Positions 47,750-62,378 of a stretch of DNA of 64,000 nt are shown in pieces; position 1 is the stretch's first letter; every line of letters begins with the position of its first letter. The stretch lies in the NCBI GenBank assembly GCA_015680685.1, contig MNCI01000614.1, forward strand, positions 469,655-533,654, written 5' to 3'. The notes under the pieces are model-generated. The model did not search any database. It was not told the origin of the DNA and was given only the letters and a program-made list of their open reading frames with translations. The position numbers were made by a program, and so were the translations under genes. Origin of the DNA: Gnetum montanum (Eukaryota > Plantae > Gnetophyta).

Positions 47750-50700
47750 CCAGCAACAGGGCCACATCAGGACATGCTCAACTGGTGGTACTAGCTGGTA
47801 GTGGAGGTCCCTCTTCCCCCACCGCACCATTGGGGCCTACAGCATCTCATAGTGCTTGCTACCACAACCACCACAAAATAAGCAGTTATCAAAGCAAACC
47901 TATAATATACAGGCTAACAACAAAACATGCGAAAGATCAAACAAGAAAACTAACCTAAGAGGGTCTTACATCATCAACTTCTAGTGGCAACTTGTCAAGG
48001 CCATTCTTCAAGCGTCGAAGGATCTCAGCCTCTGAAAGCTATGTCTAGGCTTGCTGGCCAAAGTTAATCACCACAAGGATCTTACCTTTTTCCATGGTAG
48101 TCCATTCAAGTGTCTTCATAGAAAATGTAGCAAAAGAAGCCTCTCTTGAGGGGGTGATGATCTACCTCTCAGGAGAGCCACTCATCATCATATTCCAAGA
48201 AAATAGATCATAAGCCTATTTTCCACCAATCACCTCAACGAACATCTCAAGGTAGAGGCATTCAATAAAATCCTCCTTGTACCATTAAAGGTACACATCA
48301 CACTTGCACTTGTATTGGTACTTGTAGTTCTTTCATGTCTTCCCCCACCTATACCCCTTGGTGCTATAGTTCTTCTAGTCCTAGTTCTTCAAGGTAAGAA
48401 AGTCCACCTGCAATAGCTACTCAATTATCTCCCATGTAGCCCCATTTTTGCCTCTAAGAGCTTACCAATAACAAGCATAGTCTATCTCAGAGGTCTTCTA
48501 GGTGCTATCTCCCTATAACCTAGCCACCAGAAAGTCATATCAATATTGAAGATCCCTAATCTTCATGTCCTAGCTGGTCACTCTCTCTTGGAGCTCATGC
48601 ACACATTTTCACATGTTCTTATTTGAGCACCTACAGATCCATAATGTTTTTTCATAGGAAAGCACATACTTTCTCACTATCTCATACATACAACAAGACA
48701 CATGATCCACCTTAGGAGGAAGGTCAAGGAGGGCATCAATCTTTACCACCTTGCTTGAATCCCAACAAAGCTTGTAATCTATTGGCATGCAACAAGAAAA
48801 TAATCTTAGCCACAACATTCAATCTATAAAGCAACATAAGTAAATTAGCATCATACTAAACACATCAAGCTCAAGATATATTTATTGTAAATTGTTCACC
48901 ATCTCCTCCACAATGTCCTCCATGAAGGAAAACTTATCGGTCATGTCTACCCACAACCCCATGTGGTAGGTACACAATGGACCACTATCAAGCACATATA
49001 AGATGGCAATACAACAATGTAATTAGCATACAACCAAATATCCAAAGATGCTAGAGTAAAAATCAATAACAAATAGTAACCCAAATAACTTACCTAGCAA
49101 GCCCTTAGGCATGAGTGCAGGAGGGTCACCTAGCTGTACACCATTAAATAGGTAATCAAAATCACCCTCATCGTGGTAGAGTATCCCCTCCTCCAATTTT
49201 TGGAGGATCTCTACTATACTAGGTAGCTCATCTCCATGAGCTTCCCCCTCCTTAGCTTGGGGAGGTGCTTCTTCTGCTACTGCCTTGGCTACCACTATGG
49301 TAGCCCTCTCTCTGATCCTTGCACTCACATACACATAACACATTAGTATTGGTTCATAGCATATCATAAATATAAAAAAAATAAAAAATATATACACATA
49401 TAAAAATACAATAAATGCATCTAGCAAGTTACGCATACTAACCTGTAGCCTCTATACGCAAGCTTTGAAACTTGATATGAATCTTCTTACTACTTGGCCT
49501 CTTGGCCTCTTAATCTTTTCCTTAGATGGTTCCACTATTCCTACAATGTAGCAATATACCTTAGCCACATCCCTATTGGCAACTAGTGGACCCTCACTTG
49601 CATAATCACATGAATAATGTGACTGCCCCATAGGACCTTTAATCATTACTAATAATGACTCATCGATTCTTGCATGGTCATAAAAAAGTTCTTAATCCAT
49701 GGCTTTGAGAGTTGCTCATGGCTTTGCACCATCCAACGTCCATCATCATGCATGACCAATAGCTTCGCAAACCTTTGTAGGTACCCTGTGAAAAATGCAA
49801 AGTGAACATGGGATTCACCTAGATGTTAAATCACAACCTAGAGATCTTTGCATGCAAGCTAATCACAATATAGATAGCCCAATTAAACCTAGTTTCCTCC
49901 AATAGCACATCTTTCACCACCCATGCCTGCTTCACCCCAAGGATCTTTCCTTGGAAGTGTAACTTTGGAAAGGCATAGGTGCAAAAAAGGAGGTAGAGCT
50001 CTCATACCTTGGGCACATGCACATCCTTGATTGGTATGCCCTTGTGAGATTGGATGGCATCCAACAAGTTCTCAATCTCTCCTCAATGGTCCACCTCTCT
50101 ACTAGCCTTATCAACAATCAATAGGCCATCAATGGGATGTCGAAAGAGGTTAGCAAAGAAGGCCTCATTGAGGTTAAGCACTACCCTCACATTACACATG
50201 TGGGTGATAAACTATCAAACATCACTACTAAAGGAGTCAATGATGGTGACCATTTTAGCCACTAGAATACATGGGCTAAGGGCCAAAAATAGGTCCATCA
50301 ACCATGCATGTGTGAGCTAAGAAGTCAATGCATATGAGGCCTTATGGCACAACCAATGTTGTGCACCCTCTACATCATCATATTTCATGATGAGGGTGGC
50401 CTCGATGTGGCCTATGGTGACCACCGTCACCTCACCTAAAGGAACCACTACTATAATAAAGGAAAAAAATGTTAGCATCATGCAAAAGGAAAATTAATAA
50501 GCATACGTACGTAAGCAAGAACATGAGCTAAAATAGTAAACACATACATGGCATAAATGGAATGTGAGATGAAGGTGGTAATGCAGTCATCTCCTTGATA
50601 ATAATCATACTGGTGGTTCACTCCTCATCCAACCAATCATGGGTCTTGCACCACTCATATGCCCTTGGGTATCAAGTAGGGCAAGCCTTCAAAGTAGACC

Positions 50701-51353
50701 CCACCTACTCAAGCATAGCTTCCCAAACATTTGGGCTAGAAGCGAACACTTCTAGGGTTGTGCGAGTCAAAGCTAAAGCATCTGACTCATTTTGTAGGCC
50801 CTTCTCATCAACTCTAAATCTAGCATTAAGCATGAGAAATTAGCAGAATAGCATTAGAAAATAGCAAAGATAAACTGTGAGAAACTATAAGAGCACTTAC
50901 CCTCCAACATAATACACAATTCCAAGTGGGTTTTGGAACAAGGTGTGCACACGCATATCAACAAAAATGGTGTTTTTTTTGTTGTAGAAACTGAACCCCA
51001 TGATGCACCAAATCCTAGATAGTCATCAAGAACCCCTAGGGCCTCTACCTGAACCACTTGCTCCATCACCACCAATAGTGGGCTCATCAGACATGAACTT
51101 TAAGATATCCCAGTTAGCCCCAGGTAGCAATGTCTTAGTGATGGCATTGGAAACCTCCAATACTAAGTGTGACTACATGATTATACTAAATTTCTATAGT
51201 AAGCACTCCAAGAACTCACAAGCTCCTAGTTGGAACCACACCACCTACTAACCCACCTATATATCTAGTACAAGCATGTTGGGTACAAGCTCACTCATGT
51301 AGCACAAGATGCCCACAAGCTCCATGACAATTAGGATAGCCTTCCATAGCACT
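47750..51353 (-). pseudogene. Antisense cargo gene of D (NIF-like and PMD-like), exon 2 onward
   Basis: Exons 51353-50901, 50819-50548 and 50450 onward have the same phases as B. Peptides LIVMELVGILCY..WFQLGACEFL..LSRIW..YNKKNTIFVD..LFQNP, FFANLFRHPIDG..FNWAIYI, WVDMTDKFSFM and KYVLSYEKTLW all align to B. Confidence 0.85.
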
Positions 51354-52939
51354 CTATAATAGCCAAGTAATAAACAAAGTGTTAGTATACATACATAGAT
51401 AAAAATTTTGACATAAAACTATTAAATAAAGTTAGCAAAATTAGCATAGTATAGCATAGACTAGCAAAATTTATTTTTTCATTTTGGCAATGCTCTCTAG
51501 GACCTTGTGGGTATAGGACGTCAACCAACTTATTATATGTGCTTTCTACTCACTAGGATATAGCACATTTGGATAGGATCAGCATTTTTTTTCATGGATT
51601 TCATACATTTAAAATCAGCATGTTTTCACAAGTTTAACATTGTGGTAGTTTCACATTTTTAGCATTATTATTTACAATCTGCAATTTTAGCATTGTTGCA
51701 TGATTAGCTAAATTTTTTCTAATGCTAGATAGTGTAGTCCAAAAATCTCCAAACTTTTCTAACTCTAGACTATCCTAGTGAAGAGTGTAGTTCAAAAATT
51801 TATGAAAAAATTCTAGCATTGGATTATCTTCGTAGAGAGCATGGTTCAAAAAAGAGGTAAAATTTTTTCTAACTCTGGTCACTATGACTATTGTCTCTAC
51901 AAAGCATAGTCCTAAAAAAACTAACTATTGGAAAGATGTATTTTTTCAAACACTTACATCAAGTACACCTCCAAGGCATGGGGAGTGTAGTCCTGGCCAC
52001 GGTAGTGGCCATGGTAGTAGAAGACAGAGTCTTGTCCATTGTCCCAATGCTCTCTACGTAACACACCCTATGTGCCCACTACACCTATTGTGCCTTGAGC
52101 ATTATGCTCTACCACGACACTATCTACTATGCCCTACTGTGGCTCTACCTATTGCACCCTACATGTCCTTCCCCTTCACAATTTTCTCTCCCTAAAAATT
52201 ATCTCAAAACAAAAAAAGAACAACATAAAACAAAAGGGTAGATAATGCTCTCTAGTGCTTAATGCCCTTATGGCTTCTACTATCGTGCTACAAGGCATAA
52301 TGCCCCCACAACCCTTGCTACACTATGAGGGCATAGATACCCCATGGCCCCCTATGACCCCTGACACATCTAGCCCCAATATCCCTCACAAAAAAATAAA
52401 AATTTTCATCCCCCCCCCCCCCCTTTCAACCCCCATTCCCTCNNNNNNNNNNNNNNNNNNNNNNNNNNNNNNNNNNNNNNNNNNNNNNNNNNNNNNNNNN
52501 NNNNNNNNNNNNNNNNNNNNNNNNNNNNNNNNNNNNNNNNNNNNNNNNNNNNNNNNNNNNNNNNNNNNNNNNNNNNNNNNNNNNNNNNNNNNNNNNNNNN
52601 NNNNNNNNNNNNNNNNNNNNNNNNNNNNNNNNNNNNNNNNNNNNNNNNNNNNNNNNNNNNNNNNNNNNNNNNNNNNNNNNNNNNNNCCCCTCTTTACAAC
52701 CCCTATTGCATACTTAGGAAAATTTTCATCACATTGCTTTTTATTCATTTGTGCACATTAACTAGTTATGACATGTGTTGCTTAATGTTTTGTTGGTTAG
52801 TTTTTCAAGAATACAACATGACCATGCCTAAGTAACTCCTTTCACCTCTGGTCCTCACTGCACCTCATGGTATTATTGAGCAATACATTAACCCACATTG
52901 CCTAGACCTTAAGCCTACAACCTATGCTAAATGCATAGC

Positions 52940-55900
52940 ATCTATAGAGACACCACTAGATTGGCCCAACTATCTAGATCAGGCTCTTTATCTAGAGGTA
53001 GGAGATGTCACAATGGATCCCTTTGTTAAGATCCCTATAACAACACCCAACAGCGAGGCAAAAATGCTAAAGCTAAGTTCATTGCTAGATCCCCAACATG
53101 CCCAAGACATCACTAAGGTGCTAAATGATAACATCAAAGCATTTACATAGTCATATGAGGACATGCCAATCCTAGAGCCCTAGCTAGTCTAGCACAACAC
53201 TATACTAGATCTTTGCAGTAAGCCAATAAAATAGAAAGCACACAAGGTTAGGCCTAAGGTGGCATTGGCCATCCATGATGAAATCAACAAGATTTATAAA
53301 GCCAGTTTTATTCAAGCCATTGACTATGCAAACTGGGTCTCCAACATCATAGTTGAACCCAAGAAAAATATAAGTATACACATTTTCATAGAATTTTGAG
53401 ACTTGAATAAGGCAGTCATTAAAGATGACTTCCTGCTACTCAGTATTGATCAACTAATCGATACCATAGCTAGTCATGCCTTATTATCCTTCATGGATGG
53501 GTTCTTAGCCTACAACCAAATTAGGATCAATCCTAAGCACCAACTTTGCACAACCTTTATGACCCTTTGGGGTATATTTTATTACACCATGATGCCCTTT
53601 AGACTCAAGAATGTACGAGCAACTTACCGACACATGATGACATACGTCTTTAGCGATTACATGTTAAGCTTGCTCAAAAATTATGTCAATGACATAGCAA
53701 TTAAGTCAAAAGAGTTTAAAATCATGCAAATTATTTGGACATAGTGCTTAAACATTTCTTTAAACAAAAACTTAGGTTGAATCCCAAGAAGTATGTTTTC
53801 AGCATCAAAATAGGCTAGATGCTCAGTTTCATAATATTCAAAGTAGGAATACATGTAGACCCTAACAAGGTTAAGGCCATAACCAACTTAGAACCCCCGG
53901 CCAACCTTAAGAAGCTACAAGGGTTACAAGGTAGATTGTAGTTCATACATAGGTTTATTACATAGTTAATCAACAAGTTATAGTCAATGCAACATCTGCC
54001 TAAGAAAGGAGCCCACTTCAAGTGGATAGCTCAATGCAAACACACATTTGACAATCTTAAGTAGGAGTTGGCTCAACTCCATACAATTCACCCTCCACAA
54101 GGAGATAAACCATTTTACATCTACCTTGCTACTGCTGACATGTCCATCACTTCTTTGCATTGTTAAAAGTAAGAAGATTGCAAAGAGATCCTGGTTTACT
54201 ACTTAAGCCATGCATTAGTAGCCCATGAAGCAATGTACAATGATGTAGAAAAGTAGTACCTTGCCTTAGTCTTCTCACTCAAGAAGTGGAGGCATTATCT
54301 TTTTTGCAGTCAAATCAACATCATTTGCAAAAATAATGTACTCTGAGTAATCACTGCAAACATCTACAAAATTAGTTGTATTGCATGATGGAAAGAAATA
54401 ACAATGGATTTTGGCATACATTATGTTACACAAGCCTCAACAAAAGGTCAAGCTGTAGCTACACAACTTACAATTTCACTAGTGAACGATCAAGTGACTA
54501 TAAACCCAAAATTCCCAGATGAGCATGTTAGTAGCATTATTTAAGTGCCTAAAAACTTTAAGGCACTCCTACATTTTGATAGGCCCTTAACATCTCAAGG
54601 GGATAGTTCTATTCCTATTATCACATTGCCTTCCAAGGAGATCCGACCCTTTGCATATCATTTTGCATTCCCTTGCACTAACAATGTGGCAAAGTATGAA
54701 GATCTCCTCCAAGATGACCTTGAAACATGCAACTAAGGGATTTCAAACCTAGAAATCCAAGGTATTCATAATTAGTGATCAACCAAGTAACAAAGGTTTA
54801 TGCCCATGAGGCCCAACATTTACAACCTTATTGTGACCTAGTAAAGCACTTGCTTAAATAGTTTGCAATAGTAGATGTCCAATACATTCCCTAGAACAAA
54901 AATGTCATAGCCAATGCATTAGCAACATTAGCCTTAAGCATCACACTAGACATGTTCCACACATTGCCCACCTTGATGGAAAATTGCACTATGCCTATCA
55001 CACAAACCATTGACATTGCATCCATAACCACAATTAGCATAATCCATGTAGGAGAATAGTATGACAATATCAAGGCATACCTTCTATAGGGTGAGCCTTT
55101 GCACCACTTCATTTTTTCTCAAAAGGAAATAATACAAAAACGTTCATGGTAGTATGTCATCATGGGTGATAACACATTATGTCGCAGACCCTTCAATGTC
55201 ATACTACTAACCTACATGAGCGACAATGAAGTTCAAACGATCATTTAGCAAGTCCATGAAGGATTGTGTGGATGTAAAATAACACATAGGACAATGGTAG
55301 TGATTATAATATTCTTAGGTTAATTTTGGCCTTACATGGAGCATGATTGTGTCTCCAAGGTCAAAATGTGCAACATGTGTTAACGGCATGGCAACTTAAT
55401 GCATGTGCCACCAACTGAACTACACACAATGCAAATCACATTGGGGCTTGGACATTATTAGACCCATCAAACCTAAGTCCTCTATAGGGCATATCTTCAT
55501 CATAACTACAACTGAGTACTTTACCAATTGGGTTGAGGCTATTTGCCTTAGGAAGACAACATCACAACAAGTTTGCAAATTTGTGCTTGATAACATAGTG
55601 ACCTATTTTGGATTACCCATGACCATAGTTATAGCCAACAGGTCATAATTCAACAGTGCTAAAACCAAAGCCATTTATGAGCACCTTGGCATTAAACATT
55701 CTTTTATGTCACTATACTACCCTTAGGAGGCGAATGGCCAAGTGGAGGCCACTAACAAAGTCATCATCAATCTTCTAAAGAAAATGCTAAATAACAACAA
55801 ACAATGATGGCATGAGCAATTAGTCTATGTACTCTAGGCCTACTACATAACATGATGAATGGTAATAGGTAAGACACCTTACAGTCTTGTCTACAGATCT

Positions 55901-56287
55901 GAAGTAATCTTACCCCTTGAATTACAGGTTCCATTGCTCCAAGTGATCCTCTCAAACTTCATTTATGAAGGCCAAAATAATGAGTTGAGGACCATAAAAC
56001 TTGACTCAATAGAGGAGTATCATACACAAATGCTTAATCTCATTGAATGGTACCAAGAAAAGAAAAGGCAAAAGCACTATCACAACCAACATTAGTGACC
56101 AATCAAGAAAGGGAACCTAGACCTCACAGCCATTCATAAACTCACAGATAAATTCTTAGCCAACTAGAAAGGGTCTTTCTTGATCATTAAGGACTATGAA
56201 AATAGAGCATTCGAGCATTCTTATCAAGATAAAAATGAGTTTGCCAATCTAGTGAACCATTCATACCTAAAGCCCTACTATGCGTAG
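52940..56287 (+). pseudogene. pol: Degenerate pol of element D
   Basis: SFMDGFLAYNQI, MPFRLKNVRATY, YVND, LHFDR, WGLDIIRP..YFTNWVEA; ends ...YLKPYYA*. Confidence 0.95.
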
Positions 56288-56329
56288 CATGTAGTGTTGC
56301 ATCTCAACAAAGAAAGGTAAGCACAACGA

Positions 56330-56645
56330 GTCTGCTATGACTATAAATTGGCATAGAAAGTCTACTATGACTATAAACTAGAATAGAAAGTCCACTATGA
56401 TTATAAACTAGCACCAATCATCTACTATGACATTAAACTACCAAAGCATCTATCCACTATGACGTTAAAATGGCATAGAAATAACCTTTTATCTTCATGA
56501 CATTAAATTGGCATAGCATTCATCCTTGGGTCATGACATTAAACTGACACAACAACATTTGTCTACTACAATATTAAAATGGCATGTTGCAATCCACTAG
56601 GACTATAAACTAGTGCATCATGATCTACCAAAACCTTAAACTAGG
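56330..56645 (+). repeat. ~30-bp tandem repeats after the integrase stop of D
   Basis: About 10 units of the form GTCTACTATGAC(T/A)(A/T)TAAACTAG. Confidence 0.8.
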
Positions 56646-58027
56646 TTCACCATCAATCACACATAGTTCCATGAGCAAGCAAGCAAGAATAATCTCAACC
56701 CCCCCCCCCCCACTTTTCTGCATGATGTGGAAAAGGATACTATAGTACCAGAATGGAGAACTAGCCATCATCTTGGCCTTTAGAGAATTTTCAGAATTAT
56801 GGCCCCCCCTACCATTTTGCTAATTTTTTGGGCTCTTATCATTACTCGGCCTTGAGAGCACTTGTAGCATTATGACCCTCTACCATTTTACTAGTTTTTT
56901 GAGCTCTTGTCATCAATGTAGCCTCTTGAGCACCTACAGCATCATCGCCTTCTCCCCCCCTTGGAATTTCATTGGCTTTTTGAATGCTTACCATCGACAC
57001 CAACTCTTAAGCACCTACAACATCATCACCTCCATCATTTTTCTGGCTTTTTGAGTGCTTGCCATTGGTTCAGCCTTTGGAGCACTAACAGCATTTTCAG
57101 CATCTACCACTTGATTTACATTTTTTGTTGTGGTTTTCTTATCTTCTCAAAGTTGTTCTTGTAGGACAAAGCCTAGGACCATTATGCAAAGGTGCATCTC
57201 ATCGCAGCAACAAGTCACCACATCACTCTGATGTGCACAATTAGACTAGCTAAGCCTCTCAAGAGTGCACATCCCTATTACCTCATTATAGCCTATTCAT
57301 ACCCATCCCTATACATTCATAACCTTTGTATTTTCCTACATATTCAAAACTGCAACGCCTCTGATGCATACATGTTATAACCACATGACATCCTCTACAA
57401 GTCAAACCATAGAACCCAAGGCAGACATAACATAAGTTGTCCCATGGAAAGCCTCTATTAGCTAGTCAAAGCCCAAATGGATGTAACACGAGTCATCTTG
57501 AGGAGGAAACAGCTATCCTACAAATGCAACGTAGTTTCACAAGCATCAAAGAAAAGCACATCTAGTGGCATTTCATAGTAGCAATTAGCATTGTGAAAAA
57601 TCCAAATAAGGTTCATCTCATAGAAAAACAACATAAAAAAAATATAAAATATGAAAAAGCATGAGTGTTGCAATTTTGCAACTAATCTAGCCTCGAATCC
57701 ACACTGACTCTCTCATGAGAATTCTAACAAGAGGTTAGTGTTTTCAGGGGAAAGCCACCCTAGTGCCATGGTCACTATCAGCTATGTTGACTCCACATCC
57801 TACATCATGACATCCCGCTTACACTTCATCTCCTCTTTTAGCCCTCACAAGTTACCTACACCTTGTACTCCTAGCATACCACTATCCACAACACTTTTGA
57901 GCACGATGCAATGACATTCGACCAGGCACATACTAGTAATGTCTGTGCTAAGCCTGTTGTGGTGTTTTATAGTTCTTTGTTAATGTCTCTCAAGCCACTC
58001 CTCCAAACATCAAAAAATAGGGGCCAA

Positions 58028-58490
58028 TGAAACATCACCAAATTCAGGCTACCATAATTTTCTACAAATTTGTGTAAGTGTCAACAGAAGGCAAATTTTT
58101 CTAAGTGTTGGAAATATGCTCTCCATTGTACTGGAGCATAGTTAACTTAGTAGGAAGTTAATTCAACATCAAATGTTAGTTTTGAAAATTTTCCTAACTG
58201 TCAAGCTAATAGTAGTAGAGTGTGGTTGGCATGGAACAAATAGTTTGGGAAAATTTTCTAACTATCAAGACAATGCTTCCCACTAGACTAGAGCATAGTC
58301 AAGCGTAGATAGCATCAAGGCCTAATTTTTTATAGTTTTTTCTAATTGTTGAGACTACACTCTCCACTGCCATGGAGAGTAGTCAAGCATAGTCAATTGG
58401 AAGCCAGATTTTGCAAAATTTCTTCTAAGTGTTGGGACTACACTCACCCCTAGTTAGAAGTGTAGTTAGCCTCCCCTAGAGCATAGTTAG
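58028..58490 (+). repeat. Truncated 3' LTR of element D
   Basis: Matches 41192-41656; homology ends at ~58490. Confidence 0.88.
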
Positions 58491-58699
58491 AAGTGTAGAA
58501 AACCAATGACCTTTGATGAATAAATCTACTAAACTATTCTATGCAGCCTTATATATTTCATTCCAACAACATGACATATTTAATTGGTTTTCTTGTCCTC
58601 TTGAAGTTGTGTTTGTAGTATGAAGCCTAGTTTTCTTGTCCTCTTAGAGTTGTGTTTGCAGTATGAAGATTGGGCCCGTCACAAGGGTGCAACTCATTT

Positions 58700-59152
58700 T
58701 GGTAACAAGCCAATACATGACCTTGATGTATAATATTTGGTGAGTTTATCCTACTTTGTCAAGAGTTCTTGTACTATTTTCCCTCCATCTAACACCATTC
58801 CTTAAGCCAAACCTTGTAACCCAATTATAACTTTTCTCACCTTGGATAGCAATGTTAAGTAATTGTTTGACACTCATGCACTATGACCATACAACATTCC
58901 TTTGGCATGCTCCAACTTCAAGTCCATTGAATGTAACATACTTCATTCAATGGGAATCCATCTACTCCATTGAGTGTAACACATCTCACTTAGTGGAAAA
59001 ACGAAGTTATAGCTAGCCTTAGCAAAGAAACCCAATGAAGGTTTCACTCCACAAAAAGAAATGAGAAAGCTAACTACCAAGAATCCTAATGGCCAAAGAA
59101 ACCTTGAAGCAAAATGTTGGTTCCTCAAATGTATTTTCCAAGTGAACCTCAC
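58700..59152 (-). pseudogene. Possible further PMD-like exon remnant
   Basis: HLRNQHFASRFLWPLGFLVV, GVDGFPLNEV and VKQLLNIAIQGEKSYNW occur in the same order as the B/D exon 4 motifs, but in shifting frames. Confidence 0.35.
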
Positions 59153-59447
59153 TTCTAAACATGAAGTGCATAATCTTGATTACTTAACCTACATATCAGT
59201 GTCATACTATAGCCATGGTGTCAATAGTTGGAATGCATTATTAGCTCTCATAACCATTTTCCTATGACATCTTTACCATTTCTTTATCATAACCTTTGTT
59301 CATCATCACAAGCACTCTTGGGCATGGTTCAACACTATTGGATCAAGCACAAAGAGGGAACTTTGGCGATGGACCTCTAGTGGTGTTTTATATTTTTTGT
59401 CAGTGTCTCTCAGGTTAATCCTCCAAAGTTCAACAAAGAGAGACCAA

Positions 59448-61017
59448 TGAAACACCACTAATATTTCATGATGGAACCTTCATTTTTTAGCTTGGGATAA
59501 TGATTCATTGTAAATGTGATATATGTAGAGCAAGAGCTACAATCTTGCATACTTCAACTTTTTGGAGCCAAAAAGTGCTCTAAAATTTATTATTTCCTTG
59601 CTACCCAACTAGAAATCAGTATCCCATGTCCATATCTAGACTTGGGAAGGCTGAGAACACCTTTGGAATGACCAAAAATGATATTTTTATGGTTTTTTGT
59701 AGGGGTATAGCCCCAACTACGCTGGAGCCATTTTTAGTAGTTACTGGAACTACACTTTCAGTAGTTACAATAGCTACAACCAATGTAGTCACCACCAGGG
59801 CCCAATGGAAGTGTAATGGTGGGAATGTTGGAATTTCTAGTTTTCCAACAACACCCATCACAGTCATTCCAAGTCAACAATGGCCAACATAGACAATATT
59901 CACCACCAAGCATACCACTTTTCAATGGATCATATCATTTTTGTAGTTCCCAATACTTGTTCCAATTTTTAGCACCTCCAACGTAGTCACAAAAGCCTAT
60001 TTTTCATTTATAGTAAATGGATGGCCTTCATGGATGTATTTAATTTTATATTTGCTGAAAATGACAACTATGCTACTAGTAGTCAGTAGACTATGCTGAG
60101 CGGACTATGTTTAGCAAACTAAGCTGAGTGGACTATGCTAATAGTAGTTAATCAACTATGTTGGCAATAGTAACCATTGTAAATGCACAATCAATAACAA
60201 TCTATCAATAATCAATGGTAGTCAATGGAAAATCCAAAAATGGCAATCATAGTCCTATAAATACCCAACATTAACACCATTTGTAGGTTCCAAAATTTGG
60301 CATTATTGCATCCCATTCAACAATTTTGAGCACTTGGCATCTTTCTCCATAATTGTTGGCAGTAATACCATTTCCCATTTCCAGCCATCATAACCCATCA
60401 CAGCCATTGCAACCTCATCTAGTAGTGTTTTTTGGTAGTAGAAACTGGGACTACACTAGGCATAGAGACTCCCATGTGGTTTCCATTACTCCAAATGTGC
60501 AACACCAATCACACTCCCATTTTGTAGATTTGGTGGAAACCAATGGAAAGCTACAAAAATTCAAAGCTGGGAAGAAATCAGATTGTGAAGACAACCTTCT
60601 CCAATGAACTTCATTCTTCTGCAAGCAACTTCCTGTGCCCTTGGGCACACACCTTTACATCATAAACCTAATTATTTTTACATTTTTATATAAAATTTAG
60701 TAGTTCATGCTATGCATTTTTTGGTTTCCATTTCCATTTCTACATCTAATTCTATAACTACAATTCTATTTCCATTTCCATTTGAGTGAATCCATCTACA
60801 TTTTCATTTCTAAATTCATCTATGAATATGTCTACATTTCCACAACCATTTTTGTTTCACATTTTCTAAGTCCTTGGGTGATTGGCAAGACTGTCTAGGG
60901 TACCTTGAATCCTATTTTTTTAGAGGCCCTTGGGATTCAAGGTTAAGACTATTTCAGCACTCAGATATTTTGATTTACCTCATTCCAAAAACTGAGATTT
61001 CCATCACTAATACTACA
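59448..61017 (+). repeat. 3'-type LTR (element F, same family as E)
   Basis: PPT AAAGAGAGA then CCAA-TGAAACACC; collinear with the reverse complement of 12728-14390; no PBS after it; end uncertain by about 2 nt. Confidence 0.8.
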
Positions 61018-62378
61018 TCTAACCATACAAGTCAAAGGTGTTCATGTGCAACCAAATTATAATTTGTGGATGAGGCAATGTTAATATACTAGCAACTGGT
61101 TTAAGTTCAAGACCGTTTTCCTCCCACATGGAGCCAATGAAATCTATGTGTATGGTAGCTCATCATGAGGTATATGATATATGATGTTATTTGGCCATTC
61201 TTGCTCCTAGAAAACATGATGAAATGGAAATAATTTCTAATCCTAAGTCTAAGTAATTACAAGAAAGTAAATCTAACTTAGCCTAATGTAGTGGATATTT
61301 AGTCCTACTCTACCTTACACAACTTGGACTCATGTAGTCATCACTAGGATTACCAAGTGGGATTACTACTAAGCAAATCAAGCAACACAACTAATGGGTT
61401 ACCAGATAACTACACTTAGTGCTCAAAACCAGTCATATCCATACTACTTACTTTCAATATGTAAAACAAAATGCTTGTAAAGTAGATGATTAACTAGAAA
61501 TATAAGGAAAAATATTCTAAGTAAACATAAAGAAAAGTAAGTGGATGTTGTAATGATGATAAGCAATCTTGATCTTTATTACCAGTCATGAACTGTGTCC
61601 TAGTACAATTCACTCGAATAAAGACACCATACGATCACTCAATACCATACTATGGGCATACCCTCTATTGCTAACTATGGAATGAAATTGCAAGCATTCT
61701 TCTACTATTGGAATGAAAATTATTATTGACCATGCACCTAAGGGTTGTATTTATAGGCTACATGCATCCCAAGACATCATATCAATGATGACATACCTTC
61801 TGCTACAACATTGCTGATATGATATCATTTTTCTGATGTCATATTGGCTTTAAAAATTAACCTTATCAAATGCTATTAAAAATCTTGGGTTATCCAAAGA
61901 AAACCTCACTTGATCTTACAAGATTTTGAGCTACAAATAAAAGCATTTGACCATCAAAATTTTAATGAACATTGAATTAATTTATCTTAAGGAAGGATTT
62001 AGGAACAAGAAATCAAAAGATGATTATTGATGCAAAAGATTCAAGGAGTAAGTTGATCCTAAAAGTCTTAAGAGAGAATTCCACTCTCTCTACAATAGAT
62101 GCTTTGCTTTTAAAGAAGTTAGGAAGAAGTCTACCACTTGTATAGGGGAAGTCTTTGAGACTCTCACCAAAAAATACTTAAGAAGATGACTTTCCTCTCT
62201 AGAACCCATAATATAAAATGAGCAAGTAAATATTTATTCACATTTGATTCGAATATGTTTTATCAATTCTAATTGTTTAAGATTTTCAACATGATCTCTC
62301 TTATAGATATTGGATCTATGGTCTTCAAGTTGTATGTACTATGTTCACCCTCCTTGATGATCTGTATTAACTTTTTAC

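Larger units (their letters stand above)
41192..58490 (+). mobile_element. Element D: near-full-length Tat-group element with a truncated 3' LTR
   Basis: 5' LTR 41192-42805, PBS 42813-42829, gag-pro, antisense gene, pol, PPT 58012-58023, 3' LTR from 58028. Confidence 0.9.

Noticed and set aside
52240-52400. Exon 1 of the cargo gene in D
   Set aside because: It is in the expected position and has a GCCATGG, but the similarity and donor site are too degraded to support a call, and an N gap is adjacent.
61018-62378. Possible additional LTR fragment (minus-strand TATA near 61748)
   Set aside because: No recognisable termini, partner or coding evidence.
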